In this document: positions 53,737-64,000 of the stretch, in pieces
Layout of the letters: each line of letters begins with the position of its first letter
Numbering within the stretch: the first letter of the stretch is position 1
NCBI GenBank assembly: GCA_016748015.1
Contig: JAAOMT010000665.1
Span: 186,001 to 250,000, forward strand
Length of the DNA stretch: 64,000 nucleotides
From: Geosiphon pyriformis uo1
Taxonomy: Eukaryota > Fungi > Glomeromycota
Reading direction: 5' to 3'
Translations under genes and position numbers: made by a program
The notes under the pieces: generated by a model
What the model was told of the DNA's origin: nothing
Databases searched by the model: none
Seen by the model: the letters and a program-made list of their open reading frames with translations, nothing else

Positions 53737-56532
53737 GTTTAATGAGGTCTTTTACGGGATAAATTGATGAATTTTTGCGAAACTTTATTCTTCATCAAGT
53801 AAGATATGAAAGAGTATCAGTATATCTGACACTATTTAAACGCGTATGATATTGGGGACGACGATGTTTCCTTATTATTGTTGGTCATGAGGTCTAGGCT
53901 TAGAAGTGTATGAAATCACCTATTCTGAAAGGTAGTATTAATAGAACATCATGAAACAGCCACTAGGCAAAAACAAAATCTTTTACAACGTGCCTCTCCA
54001 AAACCTGTAGAACAATAACAAAACTGCTTTTTTATCTTGTGGCAATTTCATTATTTGGTGTTGGACAAGCCTTGCACAACATATTGCATCCTATGTTTGT
54101 CGAACAACAGAAACCAGTTTGATCAGTGATAAAATCAATTATATAATTATATATATATAAATATGCAGGTACTGAGTCTGTGCAGATGAACAAGTTTTTA
54201 GTTGATTTAGGGAGGCGTGTTTTTTGGTGGGTTCACTTTTTGGAAAGGGATTATATCGACCTTTTTTTAATAGATAATATCAAAGTTGTCATCAAGTTTT
54301 TTTTAGTCAATGATAAAATAGCTCTAAATTTCTAGAATATTCTCAAAGAAGGGATAAAGGATTATTAGGTGAATTGAAGATTAAATGAATCGTTCAACAT
54401 TTTTAGAATCTTTTTGATAACCATTGTTCATAGAATCGGAAGTGAGAAAACTTTTAAAAATTTTTTTTTTAATATTAGTATGACAAAAATTTTGTTCACA
54501 ACGAAAGATAAGACATGTATTCTGGCAGCAAACAGTAATTATTTAACTTGCGGGGTTAAACCCTATATGCACTTATCAAATTTTTGTGGTTGGTTCTAGA
54601 GAAGATGCAATAATTTTCTGTAGCAGTCCTAAAATCAACCTGTTGTGATTGTGCGCGTTTCGTTGGTGCAATACTAGAAACTTGGGGATATATTTTCCTA
54701 ATTTGTCGAATACGCGGAGTCTGATTCTAATTACGAGAAAAGAAAAGGTTAATTTTAGTTGAAAATTAATAAAGAAATTATCAGAATAAATTATTATAAT
54801 AGAAAATTTAGGGAAATGAAATGCAAGACTCCCGAAACACAAATCAAAAACCTTGAATTTTTCTCTTTAATACAGAGATCTATTAATGCAGTGAGTTATA
54901 GATCATGACGACGATTCCGAGCCGCGTTTTAGTTGTTTATGCGAAACTTTTTAAATGTGATTCTTTATCGAAAGGTTAAACTTTGAGCACGCGAGATCAT
55001 TCTTAAAAGTGTACAGCACAAAAATTTCGTTATTTCCTGGTAAAGATATAGATTTTTTAATAAAATTTTTGGCTTCTGTGGTAATATATTTGACCGTGTA
55101 AGGTGAAACGAAATAAATTTCAAAAATACATATTTTTCAATTGAGCTCCATGTGAAATAATATTACAAGATGCCCGCGTGATAATAATGACCAAAGATTC
55201 TGTCATTTTGAAACATTATTCTATCATCATAATTCAATTTCCGTTATAGACATTAAAATGAAATCAGTGTCGCCAGTGAAAGGCTATATTTCTTGTCGCA
55301 TGAAATCATTAAACTCCTCTCTGAAATATTAAAAATGTTGTGTTCAAAGTTTTTGCTAGTTTGTGAATTAAGAGACTGTTACGAAATTTAATATAATACA
55401 AAATTTCGGGAATGATTATTCAAAAGTTTCTTTTTCCTGTCATGCAATGTTTGGAATATCAAAAATGTGGTGATACATGAAATTTTTTTTTTTTTGAATT
55501 TTCATAATGAAAATTTCAATGCAAAAAATTGATAGGGACAGAAATAGATAGATGTCAATTTTTAGAATTTCACGGTGATCTAGAGCGACATGCGGGTTGG
55601 GAAATTGGAAAATCAAAAGATTCAATTATTCTTTCAAAGGTCAAGTTTTTTCGTCCTAATTAAGTTGGAATGTGTATTTGAAAGTAGATCAAAATTTTTT
55701 GGGTCATTCAGGCACGCACAGAAAATAACATCATAAATAAATGATAATAAAAGCACAAGAAGATCATCATAACATCTTTTTCGGAACTTTTTCAATGAAC
55801 AATGGCAAAGCTCGTACAGCTCTTGTCAAAAGCTCTGAACATTTACGTAGATTTTGTAGTAAAAAAATTCTCTGATTTCCCCTTTTTCCCATTTTATTCA
55901 ATCTTTTGATTTGGAAATTTCACTTGTCTCTCACCCTCACATTTTTCCTACGATTTGGTTCCCCGAAAATAGATATCCAAACCCCTTTAAAACACTTGGA
56001 TTGGGGAATTCTCAATATTTCATGCATTTAATCAAAAAAGGTAGTTATGCATTGTGATAAGTTTCAAGGGAAAACCGGGTAGAAACGTAAACAGACAATA
56101 TTAAGGCATAAAACAGTTAATATTTATCCGAGTGAACAGTTAATAAAACAGGGATCAGAGTTTGATTTTACCATTTTCAGTTTCCATTTTCAAGTTGATT
56201 TTTCTCTTTTGGGTAAGATTTGAAAAAAAAATTTCACTTTTTTTGTTACGGCAAATTTATTCTTTTCATACTTTGGAACTGTAGCGATTCTGAAAATATT
56301 ATTAATCAGAGTAAAATAAGAAGTTTCTGAGTTTCTGAGATTAATTTTTTCGAAAATTAACATAATTAATAAAATAAGAATTAAAAATATATATGATAAT
56401 TTTATCATAAAATATTAATTTATAAAAATCAATGGAGATCGAAAAAATGAAACAAGATAAATATTGAATATCGATTTAATGAAAAATATATTAATAAATA
56501 TAAGATATTACGTTAAAAATTTATATAATAAC

Positions 56533-56614
<82 letters not shown>
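56533..56614 (+). repeat. (AAT)n microsatellite
   Basis: Read directly. Confidence 0.95.
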
Positions 56615-56617
<3 letters not shown>

Positions 56618-56695
56618 TTCTTTTAAAATAATTTGCAAGTAAAACATAAATAAATAAATTAATGAAAATAAGTAAAACTTGATAATATTAAAGTC

Positions 56696-56726
<31 letters not shown>

Positions 56727-57579
56727 TAAACAATCTAAACAATATAGATTAAATGTATTTACAAATTTATAGATTCAAAATTTTTTACAAAGATTGTATA
56801 AAATTACTTGGTTAAAATTGACAAAGTTCCAACGCATTTGATTTAATTGTAATATTTATTTGTTTACAGAATTCTTTCAAAAAATTTTATTTTCGTTTTA
56901 TTTTAAAAACTGATTGTAATTGGGTTTTAAACATGGTTAATTGAAGCCATTATATTTTTTCGTTTGTTTAGGTTTTTTTTTTTCATACAAATTTATTAAA
57001 TAATAGCCGGACTTGTGACCAATCTCATTTATCAAGTAATAAATAAATTTTATCACAAATTCATTTTAGATGTATATATAATACTTTTATTAAAAATATG
57101 GTTGGACGATTTATAAGCTCAGAAATTTTATGAAACTACACAATCAAAAGTTTGTGAATTTAAAAAAATTATTTCATAATTTAGGATATTATTTTGGATA
57201 AAATTTCTACATTTGGAAAATTGTCTATTAAAATCAAAGGCTCTTTGAAAAACCTAAATTAGATATCGATTACTAAAGTAAAACTCTAAATTTAGGATAG
57301 AAGTTACGAGATGTGTTCCATGAGGCTAATCTTTGATAATGAATTTTCATCATCTAGGAGGTTACGTACGATGATGATAAGATGTAGAGTAATATTTTGG
57401 AAACTTAATTTTTTGGTGGAAATTGTGTCATACACTTTGTACTCTGTTTTCTCCCTTTCTTTGAAGATTGGGTTGGGCTGGTTTGGTTTGGTTTGGTTTC
57501 ACAAAAGGAATTCATCCCTGAACTCACGAATTATTTGCAGAAGAATAGATCGATTCCGAAAATATTTCAGAGATCATTG

Positions 57580-57620
57580 ATCAAATCAAATCAAATCAAA
57601 TCAAATCAAATCAAATCAAA
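57580..57620 (+). repeat. (ATCAA)n microsatellite
   Basis: About 8 units, read directly. Confidence 0.9.
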
Positions 57621-57916
57621 ATACATTTAAACGGATAATATCATCATCAAAATCTGGTAGGAACCAATTAATATATACATTTTTTTTTTGTTTTTTTAGT
57701 TTCAAGAAGTTTTAAAGTAAACCTAACGAAGAAAGGAATTCAAGTTAATATGTATAATTTATGAAATATCATTCGATAAAAAATTTTCACCACTTTATGG
57801 AAATTCTAATTTTCTATTTCGGCGAGCATTATCATTTAATACATAATCAATTAAGTTTTCATTTATCACTGACACGCATCGCATATTTTCATCAATTATC
57901 AAAAATTGCACAATAA

Positions 57917-57917
<1 letters not shown>

Positions 57918-57966
<49 letters not shown>
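57918..57966 (+). repeat. (ATT)n microsatellite
   Basis: Read directly. Confidence 0.9.
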
Positions 57967-58492
57967 CAAAATTTCCAAAAAGCTTTCCATGATCAATTTT
58001 GATTTCCTCGCCGATAATTAAAAATTTTACACACGCACACGTCTAATTTTCATGCATAATGAGTTCTCCAATTGTGAACAAATAATGGATTTTTAAAGTT
58101 ATCAACTTAAACACAAGCTATCATTAAAAAAGTTTTCGAATTCTGGAAATTAATTTTTGTTATCAAATTGGTTTTGCTGCAAATAATCAATATCAGAGTC
58201 GTTGATAAGTATTGCCAAATTTCTTTCTTATGAAAGATTTGACGCCGCTTATTTTTTAAATAAATCAAATTTAAAATTCAACCCACATGCATCGTAAAAA
58301 TTTTAGGTTTTAGAGGAGAGGAACACACGTCGTTATCAGGTTATGTTAGTTGGCCATATTTTCGACATGTTAACTTTGATGGCTATCCATTCGTGTTCAA
58401 ATGTTCATTTACCGCCGCGCATTTGTATCGCAATAATAGTTTGGATCAAAGAAAATTTTCAATCAAATTTAATATAATAATATCATCAATTA

Positions 58493-58527
<35 letters not shown>

Positions 58528-58692
58528 GCATGATGCGAAAATTAGTACACTGTTCGGGAAGGAGTTCTTGTAGAAATAATCTACGTTTAAGTTAAAAAAT
58601 CTTGTTATTACTATTCATGGGATGGGGTAATAAGTGATAAAGTTGAAAGGTGAAAATTTTCAAACCTTTTTAATTAGTTTGATTCATGATAA

Positions 58693-58778
<86 letters not shown>

Positions 58779-58898
58779 CATTATTATTATTATTATTATT
58801 ATTATCATTATTCTTATTCTTATTATTATTACTAATACTATTACTACTATTACTACTATTACTACTACTACTATTACTACTACTATTATTATTATTCT
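58693..58898 (+). repeat. Compound (ATT)n/(ACT)n microsatellite
   Basis: About 200 bp, read directly. Confidence 0.95.
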
Positions 58899-60361
58899 TC
58901 TTATATTGTGTTTTCAAAATAGATATATTTAGTCCATCACATATATATTATATATATTTTTTATATGCATGATTTACCCTTTATTACTTTTTCTTTTTTT
59001 TACTTTATATGTGATTCAGAATATCGGTCACACTCACTAAAAAAAAATTTATTCTTAGAATTATATTTTCGTGTAACGGTTTTTCCCGGTTTTTAACCAA
59101 TCAGAATTTTTATCTTTCAAAAAAGTAATTAGAATTTAGGATATCTGTCCGTTTATGAACCTTCTCAATAAACTCCCAAAGAGTTTATCAAATCACTAAA
59201 AATATATACAACCTGTACTCTCTTCCCAAACCTATGAATTTACTCCCTGTTTACCCCGGCTAACAAACCCACTGGTTAGGAAGTATTGGTGTAATTGTAA
59301 AACTCTTCCTCCTTCCAAATTTGCAATTTTAGTTAGTCAGTCTTTCGCAACACAGACCTACCTACCTACTTACCTAACTACCTACCAACCGACTATCCGT
59401 CTGTGGTTTTTTTATATTATCAGCTGAGAGTCTCTCATTATACAAACAGACTGTCACTCCACCACTGTTTAAACTAGTCAACCCGTTCACCTGGTCCCTC
59501 CTTTCCTCTTTTCCTTTTTCTTGTCCTACGGTTCTCTTTTCTACACTTTTCCCTTCACTGTTCTCACTTGGGTTCCCTTTCGCCCGTAACGTCCGTCCGT
59601 TCATAAGTCTGTTTCACTTTTTGTAAGTCTCAACGTGTCTTGAAGTGGGTAGAAGAAGAAACGTGTTGGTATGAATACTACTCTTCGCTCATACATACAA
59701 ACATATATACATACATACATACATACACACACACACTTGGTGGAATACTGCTTTTTTTTAATCATTTCTTGACTTTGAACGAAAAACTTTTAACCACCCC
59801 AAAAATTTTCTTTGGTTTTTAGTCGGTCTATTTATTTCCCAAGATCTTGTCACCTCCCATACCGAGCGTGTCAAAGAGTTCTGCTCTTTAAATAATACCT
59901 ACCTTATTTATCTCACTGCTCCAACCAAAAAAATTAAACTTTTGAACCCAACCCAAAAAAAAATATACCAAAAAAAAAAACAACAAAAAAAAAACAAAAA
60001 CAACAACTGTGAAGATACACCACAAACTTCCCACCAACTTCAACAAAAATAACAGGTTTGTCATTCCCAAAATTTGTTGTTGTTCTATTTGTTTTGTCCA
60101 AAACCTTTTTTGTTTTTTCCATCTTATTTATTCCGATACTTTTTTGGGAATCCATGAGCTCAACCTGACAAAACTCGCTATCTAATATTCGCCTTATCCA
60201 TCATAATTGAAATATTGAAACAATTGTTGAAAGTCTCCAACAAAAAAACATTTCAACTTATTCTCACCTCCTCTCCCTCTGCTCTTTTTCCTTTGTTCTC
60301 CCCCCTCCTCCCCTCAACTCACCTTTCTCTTCTAGTCACCTACTCTCTGATATTAACAAAA

Positions 60362-60889
60362 ATGGCTCCAACAAAACTCAAATTCAAAGGAAACAAAGCC
60401 TTCTCAATGTTATCAACTATTGAGAGTGAGGCAGATTTGTCGAAAACCTGGCGCCTAATGACAAAGGTCAAGGATGCTCTTGAATATGGCAAACGTTTAG
60501 AAAATTTATCATGGAGGCTTTGGTTCATGCATCACCAAATGGTTCACGACCACAAGACTCAATCAAAATTTAAAAAATTGTCAATCTCCACCACTCGAAA
60601 ATTGGAAACAGAAAAGGCCACAGAATTAAGTAAACTAGCCGCTCCAACTTATCGTCCAAGAGGTCTCGAGTCCCCCGACAAAAAAGGAAAAAAGAAATCA
60701 AACAACAAAAAGCAATCACTCATCACTACCACAAAAAAAGGTGGCAATAATCAAAAAAATGCCTCAAAAAATAACATGCTTCTAACAAACTCGGTCGCAT
60801 TATCCCCAACCTCGGCGTCTTCAAATCATGATAAAAAACTAAATCCTCTTAATGTAGAATATAATAATAATGATGAGGATGATGATGAC

Positions 60890-60922
<33 letters not shown>

Positions 60923-62907
60923 CTACAGGATGAAGCACCCATCACCTCCGAGTCAACTACCAACAGTAATAATAATCACCAGGATATAATCCTAGACACC
61001 ACATCAATCAATGGAGATCTCATCACATCCGTTAATATCGATGATGATGACATTAATGATGCCACTTTCAGCGTTCGTGACGCCATCTCTGTACCGGAAG
61101 GAAACGATATGACGCTCGATGGTAACGTTTCTCCCTTGAATAGCCCTACCCTCTCGATCGATGAAGAAAATAATGAACTCACCGCCGCCGTTCTCTCGCA
61201 ACTTGCCGCCAACGATGATTCCAATCTAGCTACCAATAACGCGATGCAAGAGCTCTTTAATGAGATGAATGGGATTTCCCACCAGGAATTCGTATTACAT
61301 CAATATACAAATGATCAAGACCCATATCAGGTTGTAAGATTACCCGGACCATTTGTTGGTTTTGATGCCGCCGCTTTTTTACATCCCGACCGTGCTCCTG
61401 TCATGGAACTGGACATCGCGGCCATGTTTAGAATGAGAGAATTTTATCCTTCTTCACCTGATACATCGGAACCAACTTCTCCAACAGAGATGGACTGGTT
61501 CAATAATAATAATTCAATGCTTTCGACAGACGCGGTCAATCAACAATCTTCAGCTGGTATCCAATCGAATTTGTCATATCAATTAAATTCTCAAATAAAT
61601 GATCAACTCGTAGCAGCATCGGCTTCCGGTATACACAATGCCGTATATGTTCCTCGGAGCTCATCGGCAAATAGCAATCTGAACAATAGTTTAATATTAA
61701 ACCCCACCCTCAATGGATCCAACGTCAACGATCTTTCCGGTAACACTTTAATAGGAAGTATGTCGGGAAACAACATTGTATATGTTGGTCATCAATATTC
61801 GACAGATCCTTCATCCGTCAACGCGACATGTTCAACCAACCTCCCTCAACCTGGCAACAATTTATCCTCGACAACCTCCTCCACCTCCTCCACCTCCTCA
61901 CATCGTCAGTCATCAATCACACCGGAAGGTCGACCAAAAAAGTCTCATTCGAACGGTGAACAACAATGTTTCAATTGTGGCGTCACATCTACACCTCTAT
62001 GGAGGCGGTCTGCTAACGATGAACTATTGTGTAATGCTTGTGGTTTATAGTGAGTAACATTTTTTTTAAAAATTTTTACACGGTCAGATATGGTTTATTC
62101 CTTGTTGATCTATAAAAGGATTCAAATTTGTCTAAAACAAAAAAAAACTTGATTTTTCAACGTAATTCTCTCTACCCACCAATCAATAGCTTAAAACTTC
62201 ACAAGATGGCTCGTCCAAAAACCATGAAGCCACATATTGTACGTAAAGATGCACGCGATGATGAGACCGCACAACCTGTCTGCTCAAATTGCGGCACGAT
62301 GACCACACCTTTATGGCGTCGAGATGAAGAAGGGCAAACCCTTTGCAATGCATGCGGATTATAGTATGTTGGAAATTTTTTGTGAAATCCGCACCCATCA
62401 TATGAAGTATTGAAATATGGAATAGACGAGTCACATATAACCCGTCTTTCTCTTGTCATTCTCCATCATAGCTTCAAGCTGCATCACGAAAAACGACCAT
62501 TATCAATGAAGACGGATGTGATCAAAAAGCGTCAACGATACGAAAATGGACAGAATCCAAGTCGTCGATCAAGTAAAAAGCAACGATCAATCGATGAGGG
62601 TGCCCCAGATTCTCAACAGCCACAACCGATACAAACACATCAACAACAACAACAACAACAACAACAACAAGTATACGGCCCTATTAGTGTATCACCCACA
62701 ACCTCTACTAATTCCATGACGATTCCAACGGGTAATACCAGCCCAATTAGTGCACATTCAACTCCCTCGTTGAATATGCCAGCTTCGCTTGGGCCCATTA
62801 GTCTAGTGGATCAGGAAATAAATTCTCCTATAGCGTTGGGACCAACATCCTCGTCAATGACTGCACCTGCCCCAAACAGGTCTTTGCATGGTAGTTTTCT
62901 CGAATAA
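60362..62907 (+). CDS. GATA transcription factor with N-terminal DUF1752 and two CX2CX17CX2C fingers (AreA/Gat1-related); join(60362..62049,62190..62363,62472..62907), 765 aa
   Basis: AAAAATGG start; [25 protein letters not shown]; [25 protein letters not shown] and [25 protein letters not shown]; introns GTGAGT..TAG and GTATGT..TAG restore CGLYLKLH and [23 protein letters not shown]; no disablements. Confidence 0.95.
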
Positions 62908-64000
62908 TTTGGGAAATTTTTGCCGGCTTTTTTTAAACCATTTTCTGTTTTTTTTTTTTTTTGTTTTTTTTTTCGGACTTTATGGTGCAAATTAAAAAAG
63001 TGCACATAATTTGCCATTTGAATTTTAAACTTATCAGATCTATCTTCGCACCTTGTTTTTGACCAATCATAGTTTTTCATCACTTGCATCTCCCCTTTCC
63101 CAAAATTTGTATTATATACTTAATAAGGGTTGATTACTTCTTTGGAGTCTCTTGGATTTCCTCTGGGTTAAACGCGGTCCCCCACGTTTCACTTTTTTTA
63201 GAGTTTTTTGTTTTCCCTACAGTTTCATCTTTTTGACTCCCGATTAGTTAAAATTGAAGTGCGCAAAAAAAAAAGATCAACAACATCTTTCTGATCATTT
63301 TTCAAACAAAAACTCGGACATTTTTTTTAAAAAATTGTTTTTTTTCCCAATCTCTGATACGATAAAAAATTTCCAACAAAGTACTCTCCTGTGGTTTAGG
63401 GCCGCTGTTGAATGTATTACCAGCTTTCCCTTTACCCCTTTTTGCACACTTTATTAAAAAATTTTCTCTAAAAAATCCTTCACATCACATCACATCACAT
63501 CCCACTCCTGAATCTCTTGCGATATTTGAAACCATTATTTCTTACGTTTTGTTTACATCTCTACGTACATACATATACACACCAAACTCGCGCTCAGGAA
63601 AGGCCACCACTCACTGCAAAGTGTTGATCCGGATCCAATTTGAGCATTCGTGATCATTAGAGCCCTTTTTTCCAAAAACCAAACTTCATCCTAAATTTCT
63701 ATAATTGAAAATACTTTCAAGATAAATTATCTCCGTAAATCTGAAAACTATAACGAAACCCCTCATCACGAAATCTAAAGCCAAATATGCTTTCTCTCTT
63801 TATCAAATACCAAGATTTGGCCTTATTTCTCACAAAAATCTCTCCTTTTTTTTTTTGACCAAATAACCATATGCCCTTTCTATCCGTTTTCAGAGACATA
63901 CAAAACACAAGAAAAATACACCTAATTCTGTTGTATATGTAAATATTTGAACGAAACTTAGTAATAAACGTCGAGTCATTATTTTGGTCAACTGGTGAAG

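Noticed and set aside
52894-58972. Poly-Leu, poly-Tyr and poly-Asn ORFs
   Set aside because: Microsatellite translations.
59000-60361. GATA autoregulatory site cluster and a 5' UTR intron (~59623-59822)
   Set aside because: HGATAR hits are expected by chance in AT-rich DNA, and the intron cannot be supported without transcripts.
60215-60361. 49-codon N-terminal extension of the GATA ORF
   Set aside because: It starts at TTG and covers a CT-rich leader; the first ATG in good context is 60362, just before DUF1752.

Overview
Eukaryotic, very AT-rich fungal DNA. Element types and gene style resemble Glomeromycotina/Mucoromycota (Geosiphon-like); this is an inference, not a search result. Bases 1-~52.5 kb form a transposon graveyard that can be reconstructed as nested insertions from target-site duplications (TSDs). 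It holds three RNase H-bearing LINEs, a pogo/Tigger element, a hAT element, two full-length Ty3/gypsy elements and at least seven solo LTRs. One ~1 kb solo LTR (8053-~40883) has been stretched to ~33 kb by four nested levels. All repeats are degraded almost entirely by C>T/G>A transitions. The last ~11.5 kb is CpG-retaining host DNA with long (AAT)n tracts, a candidate structured Pol III-type RNA (~53576-53736) and one intact 3-exon gene for a DUF1752 + double GATA zinc-finger transcription factor (60362-62907). The most unusual biology is in the gypsy lineage: a Cys-rich insert and a dUTPase inside Pol, a non-env third ORF abutting the integrase stop in both elements, 4-bp TSDs always centred on a YR step, and LTRs carrying internal copies of the primer-tRNA 3' end ('anti-PBS') that can fold back on the primer-binding site.
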